DNA of 64,000 bases from an uncultured Candidatus Saccharibacteria bacterium. GTDB taxonomy: Bacteria > Patescibacteriota > Minisyncoccia > Phycocordibacterales > PALSA-1337. The notes under the pieces are model-generated. The model was not told where the DNA came from. It ran no database searches and worked only from the letters and a program-made list of their open reading frames with translations. The position numbers and the translations under genes are program-made. The stretch spans positions 373,568 through 437,567 of the forward strand of contig CAZBVQ010000001.1 of the NCBI GenBank assembly GCA_964495685.1. The letters run 5' to 3'. This document shows, in pieces, positions 39,129 to 48,654 of this stretch (position 1 is its first letter; each line of letters begins with the position of its first letter).

Positions 39129-39201
39129 TCCTCCACTTACTACTTGGTTTATTTTGAAAACAACGGCCCCGTACCAATTAAGTACGCGGGCTTTTTCTTT
39201 C

Positions 39202-41172
39202 CTACAACAAACTCTCTGGATCAACTTTCACCTTCACATTGGGTGGCAATGTGCGTAGTTTCTCTAACAGATCCGAGTTGGGCCAGCCACCTTCGGATAG
39301 CTTGATCAGTCCATGAATGATGGAATTGCCTCGGACGGCCGCGGTGAATGCGGGGAACACATCAATCTCACGGGGTGCCAGTAGCGCCTGGACTTCTGCC
39401 ATGGCTGCGGCGATCGACTCTTTCTTGCCCTCGATAGTGATCTTGATCAATGTCGAATAGGGCGGATACTGGAATTGTTTGCGCTCCGCCAGCGTGGCAC
39501 GATAGAAGTCACTGATATTACCTTTCATGCCAAATTCGAAGACATGTTCATCGGCCTTGCGCGTCTGGACCAGGAATGAGCGCGTAGCCGTACTACGGAG
39601 TCGAGTCAGCAGGTACATTATTTTTTCTTGAATACGGAAATCAGGAAGTGCCAGAAGTGAATCGAGCGAAGCGATGGCGACATGATCTATTTTTTCGCCG
39701 AGGTGGACCAGTGCCATTTCGGTGCCGAGTAGGATACTTCCTGGCTTGGCACGGAATGAGTCGAGTGTGGCATGAATCTGTGCATCAGTCTTGGTGGTGT
39801 CGGCGTCGATTTTGAACACCTCAATATCAGGAAACTCGGCGCGGAGTTCTTCGTAGACACGATCGATACCGATGCCGAGTGGTGTCAGACGCCAACTGTC
39901 ACAGGTGCGGCATTTCTCGTTGGCATCACGTCGTTCACCGCAATGATGACACATGAAGAAAGTGCGACCAGTCGTTTTGGACGAATGAAGAACTACAGGT
40001 GATGAGCAGGTCGAACAAGAAACAATGGTTTCGCAGTCGCCACATATGGTAATAGGCGACAATCCACGTCGCATGGTCAGGATGAATAGGTGGGTACTAC
40101 TTTCTTGATTGTAGGCGATGAGTTCTTTGAGTTCTTGAGAGAGGACTCGGAAAGGTATAGTGCCTACCTCGGTTTTTTGGTCGGATGATTCTGTTGGTGT
40201 AGCGGTGCGCAATAGGCCAGATTTCATATCTATCAACACATCCTGTGCATTCGATATTGATCGCCACTTGAAGGGAGAACCCTGGGCAATTTCGTGACTG
40301 TCTACTCGGTGTAGAGTTTCGGTACGTAGGACACTGTCAGCTCGATACACGGTCTGCTTCTGTCGACGAGCGATAGTTTCGAGTGCGTGACGAATATCGA
40401 GGTAGGGATGCTTGATACTCATCCAGCCACGACTATTTTCACGTTCAATGACAATACTATCTATATCAGCACGTGGAATGACTGTGAACGATCCGGTGGC
40501 CACCACGACGACTGGGTGTGCGGTCTCGGCGATATTCTTCCAGGTGTCGATTATTTCTTTCTTGGTGAGTTTGCCGTGGAGGGTGAAGATATACCCCTCG
40601 ATACCTTTGGTCAATGCCTCAGTCAGCCACCGAGCATCTTCAATAGTGGGGACATAGAGGGCGATAGAACGTTTGCGAGCGAATTCTTGCCTGATGAGTG
40701 AGCGCCACGAACCGATACGATCTTCATCGTCGCCTTGGATGGCGTAGGTCTCATCGATGCTACCGGCCTTGAGATCGTTGAAGAAAGGATTCTGTCGTAC
40801 GGGCATGGCGATCTTGTTCGCATTTTCGAGGAGGATGTCAGAGACGAGTGAGTCGATGATAGAGCCGACGCTGGCAGCATAGTAGTCTGCGAGCACAGTG
40901 CACGCTTCCATGAATGTGGCGGGGAAAAAGGCAGTTGATTTGATGCGCCCGAGTTTCTTCATCTGGAATGAGGCGCTGCGAATTTCGGCCTTCATGTCGA
41001 CGGCGGGACGAATACTGGTGACGATGGCGTATATGTTCTTGGAGCGAAGTGGTACAGACACGATGGCACCCAAGGTCACCTCCGCGCTGGTGAAATAGGA
41101 GAGTTCACCGGCGATTTTCGATCGAGTGAGTGGGATGACGGTGATGACATTGAGGATAGGGGAAGAGGTCAT
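39202..41172 (-). CDS. priA: Primosomal protein N' with degenerate helicase motifs
   Basis: N-terminal VSVPL 3'-binding domain, RRG plus C4-C4 Zn module, PDFR..E, YPPY. Confidence 0.88.
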   Translation of the reverse strand: MTSSPILNVITVIPLTRSKIAGELSYFTSAEVTLGAIVSVPLRSKNIYAIVTSIRPAVDMKAEIRSASFQMKKLGRIKSTAFFPATFMEACTVLADYYAASVGSIIDSLVSDILLENANKIAMPVRQNPFFNDLKAGSIDETYAIQGDDEDRIGSWRSLIRQEFARKRSIALYVPTIEDARWLTEALTKGIEGYIFTLHGKLTKKEIIDTWKNIAETAHPVVVVATGSFTVIPRADIDSIVIERENSRGWMSIKHPYLDIRHALETIARRQKQTVYRADSVLRTETLHRVDSHEIAQGSPFKWRSISNAQDVLIDMKSGLLRTATPTESSDQKTEVGTIPFRVLSQELKELIAYNQESSTHLFILTMRRGLSPITICGDCETIVSCSTCSSPVVLHSSKTTGRTFFMCHHCGERRDANEKCRTCDSWRLTPLGIGIDRVYEELRAEFPDIEVFKIDADTTKTDAQIHATLDSFRAKPGSILLGTEMALVHLGEKIDHVAIASLDSLLALPDFRIQEKIMYLLTRLRSTATRSFLVQTRKADEHVFEFGMKGNISDFYRATLAERKQFQYPPYSTLIKITIEGKKESIAAAMAEVQALLAPREIDVFPAFTAAVRGNSIIHGLIKLSEGGWPNSDLLEKLRTLPPNVKVKVDPESLL

Positions 41173-41240
41173 TGGTGTATTTATACATAATTTGTTTCAT
41201 TTGTGAAATCGCCCAAAAAACGCTAGAATACCGCCTACGT

Positions 41241-41795
41241 ATGATAAAAGAATTTGACCGCTGGAATGGGACGAAGAAAAAAATGGACCTCAAGGTGCAG
41301 GCTGTTGACTTTCATGAACGTGAAATCTGGTGGTGTTCTATTGGGGTCAATATCGGATCAGAACAACATTCTCAATCTGTTGATTTCAGTAGGCCAGTTA
41401 TCATTGTCAAGAAATTCACAAACAGGATTTTTTTGGGGATACCACTTACAACAAAAAATAGAAAAGGTTTGTTCCGAATAAGTTTTCTGTTAGGGAGTGT
41501 TTTGAATGATATGTTAGTTTTACAGATGCGATCATTCGATAGGAAACGTCTGATTAACAAAATAGGCATGTTGCCACAAGCCGAATTTGACTCACTTAAT
41601 ACATTTATTGCGCAACTGTTTACCAAAAGTATGAAAACCCCGATTGACGGGGTTTCCGAGGCCGAAGCCAGTGTGTTTACGGAGTTTCATGTTGAAACCT
41701 CGTATACCAGAAGTATAGAAGAACATCGGCTTTTGTCAAGATTCTATGGTGAGTTGTATGCATATAGAATGTATCGTTCGGGGATATGTCTATAA
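41241..41795 (+). CDS. PemK/MazF-family toxin-like protein with no adjacent protein antitoxin
   Basis: EREIWW..IG.NIGSEQ...RPVIIV...GIPLTT...LQMRSFD.KRL..KIG; AT-rich. Confidence 0.8.
   Translation: MIKEFDRWNGTKKKMDLKVQAVDFHEREIWWCSIGVNIGSEQHSQSVDFSRPVIIVKKFTNRIFLGIPLTTKNRKGLFRISFLLGSVLNDMLVLQMRSFDRKRLINKIGMLPQAEFDSLNTFIAQLFTKSMKTPIDGVSEAEASVFTEFHVETSYTRSIEEHRLLSRFYGELYAYRMYRSGICL
41630..41706 (-). ncRNA. Candidate antisense sRNA at the 3' end of the PemK-like gene
   Basis: TTGACA-16-TATACT promoter (41739-41712), hairpins including GGC-TTCG-GCC, terminator AAACCCCG-tcaat-CGGGGTTTT. Confidence 0.6.
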
Positions 41796-41804
41796 TTGAA
41801 ATTC

Positions 41805-43118
41805 ATGAATACCAAAGAAACATTCGTCATACAGGGATTGGCGGGAAAGCGGACACTCGAGGGCTCTGTGCGTATTGGTGGCGCCAAGAATAGTGCCCTC
41901 AAGGCCATGGCAGCTACTATCCTTTTCGATGGTCCAGTCACACTCGAGAATGTTCCCGACAACAGTGACATACGAACCCTCTCGACTATCCTGCAGAAAT
42001 TGGGGGCCAAGATTGAGCGTTCTCATGATATGCTCACTATCGATACCACAACCATCAACTCGACCGATATAGATCAGGATCTCGCCAAAGGCATGCGTGC
42101 GTCAGTGGTGCTCACTGGCCCGATGCTCGGTCGTTTCAAGAAAGTATTATTTCCTTCACCTGGTGGCTGTGTGATCGGCGCTCGACCTATCGACCTTTTC
42201 ATTTCCGGATATCAGAAGATGGGTGCAACTACTGCTGAGTCTGATTGCCTCTATTCTATGCAGGCGCCAGCTGATGGTCTCAAGGCGACAGATATATTTT
42301 TCAACAAAGTGACCGTTGGTGGTACTGAGACTCTCATGATGGCCGCAGTCCTGGCGCACGGCACAACTATTCTCAGGAATTGTGCTATGGAGCCAGAGAT
42401 CGGCAATGTCGCCGAGTGGCTCAATGCTTGCGGCGCAGATATTTCTGGTATTGGCAGTCCGACACTGACCATTCGTGGTAGGGGAGGCAAACTTCTTTCG
42501 CCCAAACAATCATTCGTGACTATTCCTGATCGCGTCACTGCCGGCAGCTTCCTCATTCTCGGTGCACTGACTGCCAAAGAATTGACTATCGAGAATTGTC
42601 GTCCTGATCACATGGAAGCGGTCACACAGCTTCTCATCGATCTTGGTGTGCGTATGGAGATTGGCGCGGATAAGATCACGGTGTATGGTGCCGAGGTGAC
42701 CAAGCCGTATGCTGCTATCTCGAGTTTGCGCACTCATGAATATCCTGGATTCCCGACCGATCTACAATCACCGATTGTGACATTGCTGACACAAAGTGCG
42801 GGCGAGAGTATCATTTTCGAAACTATTTTCGAGGGACGATTCAAGTACGTCGAAGATCTGACTGCTATGGGTGCAACTATTACTACTATGAATCCACGCG
42901 AGATCCTGATCAAAGGCCCGACTGTGCTCAGGCAGTTGGCTGACGATGAACAGGTCACTGCACACGATATTCGCGCAGGATTCGCCGTCGTCTTGGCGGC
43001 TCTGATTGGTACAGGTACATTCACGGTCTCGAATATTCATCTTATAGATCGTGGTTATGAGCGACTCGAGGAAGTGCTCACTGGATTGGGGGCGGATGTG
43101 AAGAGGGTTTCTTACTAG
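41805..43118 (+). CDS. murA: UDP-N-acetylglucosamine 1-carboxyvinyltransferase
   Basis: GAKNS, MRAS, PGGCVIGARP, YPGFPTDLQ, DIRAG, IDRGYE. Confidence 0.96.
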   Translation: MNTKETFVIQGLAGKRTLEGSVRIGGAKNSALKAMAATILFDGPVTLENVPDNSDIRTLSTILQKLGAKIERSHDMLTIDTTTINSTDIDQDLAKGMRASVVLTGPMLGRFKKVLFPSPGGCVIGARPIDLFISGYQKMGATTAESDCLYSMQAPADGLKATDIFFNKVTVGGTETLMMAAVLAHGTTILRNCAMEPEIGNVAEWLNACGADISGIGSPTLTIRGRGGKLLSPKQSFVTIPDRVTAGSFLILGALTAKELTIENCRPDHMEAVTQLLIDLGVRMEIGADKITVYGAEVTKPYAAISSLRTHEYPGFPTDLQSPIVTLLTQSAGESIIFETIFEGRFKYVEDLTAMGATITTMNPREILIKGPTVLRQLADDEQVTAHDIRAGFAVVLAALIGTGTFTVSNIHLIDRGYERLEEVLTGLGADVKRVSY

Positions 43119-43178
43119 GAGAGATCTGGGACGTTTAGCATTGAACACCTTCCTATATATGCTATAGTCAACCCACCT

Positions 43179-44192
43179 ATGGGTATCTTTTCCTCGAAAC
43201 TTGGCATCGATCTTGGTACAGCCAATACGCTGGTGTATATTCCCGGCAAGGGCATCGTGCTCAATGAACCCTCAGTCGTAGCTGTTTCTGAAGTAGACAA
43301 GAAAGTGTTGGCGGTCGGTAATGAAGCCAAAGAAATGGTCGGCCGTACGCCAGACAATATTGTGGCGTATCGTCCTATGCGTGATGGTGTCATCGCCGAC
43401 TATCGCGTGACCGAAGCGATGTTGCGTTACTTCATCGACAAAGCTCTCGGTCGTTTTTCATTTTTCAAGCCTGATGTCATGGTCTCTGTGCCGGCAGGAA
43501 TTACGTCGACCGAACGTCGCGCCGTCGTCGAAGCCGCCCTCCGTGCTGGTGCCAAGAATGCGTATGTGGTCAAAGAACCAATTCTTGCTGCTATCGGTGC
43601 TGGTATCCCGATCCAGGAGCCGCGCGGACATATGATTGTCGATATTGGTGGTGGTACTACGGACGTGGCAGTCATTTCGCTTGGTGGTATCGTCTCGTCG
43701 ACGTCGGTCAAGGTTGCAGGCAACAAAGTAGATGCCGCCATCGCTGATTATGTGAAGAAAACGTTTAACCTAGCTATCGGCGAGCACATGGCTGAAATCA
43801 TCAAGATTACTATTGGCTCCGCAATTCCGCTCGATCAAGAACTTGCCATGCAAGTCAAAGGTCGTGATTTTATTTCAGGCTTGCCTCGCTCTACCGAAAT
43901 CAAAACTAATGAGATTGTCAAAGCTATCGCTGCTCCTCTTCGCGATATGATCAAGGCGATCAAGGATGTGCTCCAAGAAACTCCTCCAGAATTGGCTGCT
44001 GATATTATCGATCAGGGTATTACGATGACTGGTGGTTCGTCCATGCTCCGCAATTTGCCCGAATTGGTATTCCGCCGCACTGGCGTGAAGGCACAGTTGG
44101 CTGATGAGCCACTTCTCTGTGTGGTGAAGGGGACAGGTATAGCGCTGGAGCATTTGAATGTGTATAAGAAGACGATGATGAGTAAACGCTAA
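43179..44192 (+). CDS. mreB: Rod shape-determining protein MreB/Mbl paralog 1
   Basis: GIDLGTANT, EPSVVA, DIGGGTTD. Confidence 0.93.
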   Translation: MGIFSSKLGIDLGTANTLVYIPGKGIVLNEPSVVAVSEVDKKVLAVGNEAKEMVGRTPDNIVAYRPMRDGVIADYRVTEAMLRYFIDKALGRFSFFKPDVMVSVPAGITSTERRAVVEAALRAGAKNAYVVKEPILAAIGAGIPIQEPRGHMIVDIGGGTTDVAVISLGGIVSSTSVKVAGNKVDAAIADYVKKTFNLAIGEHMAEIIKITIGSAIPLDQELAMQVKGRDFISGLPRSTEIKTNEIVKAIAAPLRDMIKAIKDVLQETPPELAADIIDQGITMTGGSSMLRNLPELVFRRTGVKAQLADEPLLCVVKGTGIALEHLNVYKKTMMSKR

Positions 44193-44251
44193 TGGGCAAA
44201 TACTTGTGATTTGTAATTTATTTGGAAATTGTAATTTGTTATTTGGTGCTT

Positions 44252-44956
44252 ATGTCTAATTTTACCCACCACGCTTATTTCCTCACGGGTCCTACATCTC
44301 TGCGACCCACGCTTATTTCAATACTTGAGAAGGAGTACAAACTGACTGCGCGCGGCAATCCGGACTTCTTCGATCAATCATTCGACACCTTCACGATCGA
44401 CGATGCACGTGAACTCAAGCGACTGCACTCCATGCGTCCGATCGGACAAGGTGGCAAGAAAATATTCTTGGTGAGTATGAACGGCATCACTGTCGAGGCA
44501 CAGAACGCACTTCTCAAACTCTTCGAGGAGCCAGCTGAATACGCTCATTTTTTCATTGTTATTCCGAGTGCTCATATATTATTGCCGACGGTCAAGTCGA
44601 GGATGCAGGAATTCCAAGTAAGTAAGGAAGTGACGAAGCCAGGAAACAAAAAGGACGCGGGGAATCTTGCGGGTATTAATTCGGAGGTTTTGAAAACTGC
44701 CCAAAAATTGGTCACTTTGTCGAAAGCAAAAAGACTTGAGGAGGTGAAGAAGTTGGCTGATGAGATTTCCAAGGACAAGAAAACTAAACAAGATGCAATC
44801 GAGCTACTGAACGCTCTCCAGGCAATTATTTATGATGAACGAGGCGTCAAAGAAGGGAAGTCGGCACTTGAAGCCATAGAGTTTGCACGTAGCTATATGC
44901 ACGATCGTGCACCAAGTGTGAAGATGTTGCTGGAGTATGTGATGTTGAGTATGTAA
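44252..44956 (+). CDS. DNA polymerase III delta-prime-like protein (reduced)
   Basis: HHAY, IDDAR, EAQNALLKLFEEP, LLPTVKSR. Confidence 0.8.
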   Translation: MSNFTHHAYFLTGPTSLRPTLISILEKEYKLTARGNPDFFDQSFDTFTIDDARELKRLHSMRPIGQGGKKIFLVSMNGITVEAQNALLKLFEEPAEYAHFFIVIPSAHILLPTVKSRMQEFQVSKEVTKPGNKKDAGNLAGINSEVLKTAQKLVTLSKAKRLEEVKKLADEISKDKKTKQDAIELLNALQAIIYDERGVKEGKSALEAIEFARSYMHDRAPSVKMLLEYVMLSM

Positions 44957-44964
44957 CAGACGGA

Positions 44965-45077
44965 GCACCAGGCGAACATGTGAGTGAGGAAGCCTTGCGA
45001 GTGCGACTGGCACGAGCACGAGGAATTTTTCAGCAGAAAAATATCCGTGCTTCCGAAGTCACATGTTCGCCTGGTGC
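44965..45077 (+). repeat. 113-nt fold-back element with the same architecture as the dnaG insert
   Basis: 19-bp closing stem GCACCAGGCGAACATGTGA/TCACATGTTCGCCTGGTGC, tandem GA pairs, ATTTTTC-AGCA-GAAAAAT hairpin. Confidence 0.8.
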
Positions 45078-45122
45078 GGTAGCTGTGCTATAATCGCTTC
45101 ATATAACCTAACCACTACCTTT

Positions 45123-45674
45123 ATGGCCTACGACCTCAATCCCTTCAAGAAACAGCTCGCCTCCACCGAAGAATGGCTCAAGAAAGAGCTCCAGCAGATC
45201 CGCACCGGCCAAGCATCACCGGCCGTGTTGGACGCAGTCAAAGTAGAGGTCTATGGAGCCCCTATGGCTCTCAAAGAAGTCGCCAGCGTCACTATCGAAG
45301 GTGCTCGCACTCTCCGCATTGCCCCGTGGGACAAGAGCCAGACCAAGGAGATCGAGAAGGCCATCACTGTTGCCAATCTAGGTCTTTCGGTCGTCGTCGA
45401 TGATCAAGGTCTTCGCGTCAATTTCCCTGAATTGACTGGTGAACGCCGTCAGCAGATCGCCAAAACAGCCAAGGAGAAGCTCGAAGAAGCCAAGAAACAG
45501 GTTCGTGGTCACCGAGATGTTATCGTCAAAGATCTGGCTACCAAGGAGAAAGACGGTGCAATGGGTAAGGATGATGCATTCCGTGCCAAGAATGACGCAC
45601 AGAAGCTTGTTGATGATATGAACAAAAAATTGGATGATGCCTATGGCAAGAAAGAGAGGGAGCTCATGGGCTAA
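45123..45674 (+). CDS. frr: Ribosome recycling factor
   Basis: IRTGQASP, PWDKS..K.IEKAI, PELTGERR. Confidence 0.95.
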   Translation: MAYDLNPFKKQLASTEEWLKKELQQIRTGQASPAVLDAVKVEVYGAPMALKEVASVTIEGARTLRIAPWDKSQTKEIEKAITVANLGLSVVVDDQGLRVNFPELTGERRQQIAKTAKEKLEEAKKQVRGHRDVIVKDLATKEKDGAMGKDDAFRAKNDAQKLVDDMNKKLDDAYGKKERELMG

Positions 45675-45680
45675 ATTTGC

Positions 45681-46835
45681 ATGATTACTGTCATTATCTT
45701 CCTGATCGTTCTAGCTGTCCTCATTTTCGTTCACGAATTGGGGCACTTTCTGGCTGCGCGATCGGCAGGAATCCGTGTCGATGCATTCAAGATAGGATTC
45801 GGTCCGCGCATCCTCTACTGGAAGCGTGGTGAGACTGAGTATGGCATCAATCTGATTCCGTTCGGTGGCTTCGTCAAAATTCATGGTGAGAATCCGAGTG
45901 AAGAGGCGGCCACAGGTCCTGATGCGGCACGTAGTTTCATCAATAAGTCACGATACAAACAGGTGATGGTCCTGGTGGCGGGCGTCTTTTTCAATTTCCT
46001 CTTCGCTTGGTTGCTCTATTCGATTGCATTCATGTCAGGTGTGACTGCTACTCATGAAGGTTTCGAGAAATACGCTGACAGATTCAGTGCTGATCGGGTG
46101 ATGATTACGTATGTAGAAAAAGATACCCCAGCTGATCGTGCAGGATTACAAGTTGGTGACGTCATTCTTCATCTGATACAGCCAGCGTCGGTCTCGAGTT
46201 CGGACGCATTCATATCGGCGACAACCACTTCGATCGGGTACGCTACGCCGATTATGGTTGCAGATATTCAGCGATTCATCGCCTCATCGAGTGGTCATGT
46301 ATTGAAATTCGATATCGAGCGTTCTGGTGCTACCAGTACAGTTGCCGTCAGTGCAGTCACAGGTCTGCATGACAGCCCTACCTACGCTATCGGCATCGCC
46401 ATGCAGGAGGTCGCCGATTTGCAGTTACCATTTTTCACTGCTATCGGGGAAGGTCTCCACTACATGTTGGTCATGATTCGTGAGACAGTCATCGGTCTCG
46501 CTAGCTTCATCGGTAATATATTCCAGGGTACTGCCAATTTCGCTGACGTCGCCGGTCCCGTGGGTATTGCTGGTATCGTTGGCGATGCGGCACAGCTCGG
46601 TTTCACGTATCTCATTATGATCACTGCGCTTATCTCTATCAATTTGGGCGTGATAAATCTTATTCCATTCCCAGCCCTTGATGGAGGACGCACACTCTTT
46701 GTTATTATCGAAGGCATCATTCGTCGACGTATCTCGATGAAGTTCACGAATGTCGTGAACATGATCGGATTTATCCTGCTCATGGCGCTCATGGTGGTGG
46801 TGACATTCAAGGATATTGTGAAGTTGTTCAGATAG
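45681..46835 (+). CDS. rseP: RIP metalloprotease RseP (M50, PDZ)
   Basis: HELGH, PFGGFV, NLIPFPALDGG. Confidence 0.93.
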   Translation: MITVIIFLIVLAVLIFVHELGHFLAARSAGIRVDAFKIGFGPRILYWKRGETEYGINLIPFGGFVKIHGENPSEEAATGPDAARSFINKSRYKQVMVLVAGVFFNFLFAWLLYSIAFMSGVTATHEGFEKYADRFSADRVMITYVEKDTPADRAGLQVGDVILHLIQPASVSSSDAFISATTTSIGYATPIMVADIQRFIASSSGHVLKFDIERSGATSTVAVSAVTGLHDSPTYAIGIAMQEVADLQLPFFTAIGEGLHYMLVMIRETVIGLASFIGNIFQGTANFADVAGPVGIAGIVGDAAQLGFTYLIMITALISINLGVINLIPFPALDGGRTLFVIIEGIIRRRISMKFTNVVNMIGFILLMALMVVVTFKDIVKLFR

Positions 46836-46878
46836 GGAAGCGTGGAATAATTCAGTACTTTCCCGTATAATTCAAGCC

Positions 46879-48114
46879 ATGAAACAATCCCACCTCTTCA
46901 CCAAGACACGTCGCGAAGCTCCCAAGGACGAAGTCGCCAAGAATGCACAGCTCCTTATTCGTGCTGGCTATATAAACAAAGAGATGGCGGGTGTCTACTC
47001 ATTTCTACCACTCGGACTCAGGGTTATGAATAAGATTGTCGGTGTCATTCGTGAAGAAATGAATGCTATCGGGGGTCAGGAGGTACACTTGAGCGCACTC
47101 CAAGATAAGAAGACCTGGGAAGCGACCAATCGCTGGGATGATGCAGTTGTCGACAACTGGTTCAAAACTACACTCAAGAATGGCAACGAAGTCGGTCTAG
47201 GCTTCACACACGAAGAGCCACTAACCAAGCTTATGAAGGATCACATACGCTCGTTCCGTGATCTGCCGATGGCTGTCTACCAATTCCAGACCAAATTCCG
47301 CAATGAAGAGCGTGCCAAGTCAGGTATCATGCGTGCGCGTGAATTCCTGATGAAGGATCTCTATTCGTTCAACGTCGATGATGTGGCGCATCAGGATTTC
47401 TACGAACAAGCCAAGAAGGCGTATGTACGCGTCTTCGATCGACTTGGTCTCGGTGGCGAGACATATGTGACATTTGCAGCAGGTGGTTCATTCTCGAAAT
47501 ATTCGCACGAATTCCAGACACTGACTGAAGCTGGTGAAGATGTCATCTATGTCCACGAAGGCAAGCGACTAGCTATCAACAAAGAAGTATTGAATGACGA
47601 AGTGCTCAAGGATTTGGGTATAGACAAGAAAGATCTAGTAGAAAAGAAAGCAGTCGAAGTCGGAAATATCTTCAGCCTCGGTACCAAATTCTCTGATGCA
47701 CTTGGCCTGAATTACAAAGACGCAGAAGGAAAGAATAAGCCAGTCATCATGGGCTCATATGGTATCGGTCCCGGCCGCGTGATGGGTACGATCGCCGAGC
47801 TGTGGTCTGATGACAAAGGATTGGTCTGGCCAGAATCAGTAGCCCCGTTCGCTGTGCATCTTATTGCCTTGAATGACGTGGAGGGTTCGGTCAAGAAAGT
47901 GGCCGATGATCTCTATGCTACGTTGACCAATAAGGGCATCGAAGTCCTCTATGATGATCGCGACGCATCAGCTGGTGAAAAGTTCGGTGACTCTGATCTT
48001 ATCGGTATTCCGAAACGCATTGTGCTTAGCGCGAAGACGCTCAAAGAAGATTCTGCTGAAGTGAAAGATAGAAGGACAGGGAAGGTAGAGATGGTGAAGA
48101 TAACAAATATCTAA
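46879..48114 (+). CDS. proS: Proline--tRNA ligase (short, no INS domain)
   Basis: THEE, QTKFRNEER, REFLMKDLYSF, EVGNIF.LG, MGSYGIG. Confidence 0.96.
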   Translation: MKQSHLFTKTRREAPKDEVAKNAQLLIRAGYINKEMAGVYSFLPLGLRVMNKIVGVIREEMNAIGGQEVHLSALQDKKTWEATNRWDDAVVDNWFKTTLKNGNEVGLGFTHEEPLTKLMKDHIRSFRDLPMAVYQFQTKFRNEERAKSGIMRAREFLMKDLYSFNVDDVAHQDFYEQAKKAYVRVFDRLGLGGETYVTFAAGGSFSKYSHEFQTLTEAGEDVIYVHEGKRLAINKEVLNDEVLKDLGIDKKDLVEKKAVEVGNIFSLGTKFSDALGLNYKDAEGKNKPVIMGSYGIGPGRVMGTIAELWSDDKGLVWPESVAPFAVHLIALNDVEGSVKKVADDLYATLTNKGIEVLYDDRDASAGEKFGDSDLIGIPKRIVLSAKTLKEDSAEVKDRRTGKVEMVKITNI

Positions 48115-48179
48115 ATAAAAAAGCGCGCTCCGAGTGGGCGCGCTTTGGAGTCGGGCCTTTTGAGGCCGTCCGAGCTGAG

Positions 48180-48563
48180 TTACGAGGTAATTTCCGTCTT
48201 GCGTGGCCAAGCTGTACGTATGAGTCGGAGGCAATTACGGTAAAATACCACAACAAACAATGGCAAGCTACATAGATAGAGCAGAAACAGGGGCCAGTCC
48301 GTACCTTTCCCTGCAGCCATGGTGATTTTCAGAAAATCTGTACACAGATAGATTGTCAGAGAGAAGGCGATGAGGGCTCCAATCAGTCTGGCCCAGAAAT
48401 CAAGAGTCTTGCAACCCTTATCGCATTCGAACCCAAAAGAGTGTTGCTCAGTTGAGCTAGGCCACGGGCCAGCAAAAGTATGCCGAAGTTGATAATGAAT
48501 AAGGAGAGGTATTTGTTCTGGGCGTACCAATCCGCCGATGGGATTATCAGAGTCATAGTTCAA
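48180..48563 (-). CDS. Hypothetical two-TM protein (start uncertain)
   Basis: 127-aa ORF with two hydrophobic segments; fills the gap before a hairpin at 48118-48146. Confidence 0.4.
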   Translation of the reverse strand: MNYDSDNPIGGLVRPEQIPLLIHYQLRHTFAGPWPSSTEQHSFGFECDKGCKTLDFWARLIGALIAFSLTIYLCTDFLKITMAAGKGTDWPLFLLYLCSLPLFVVVFYRNCLRLIRTAWPRKTEITS

Positions 48564-48654
48564 AGGGGTTGTCGTTGACCGTCTGGCACCATAATTTCAT
48601 GTTTATCGGCATCTGTCAATTACTGGATTTTCTGGTTTGTGATACGCTTCAGCT

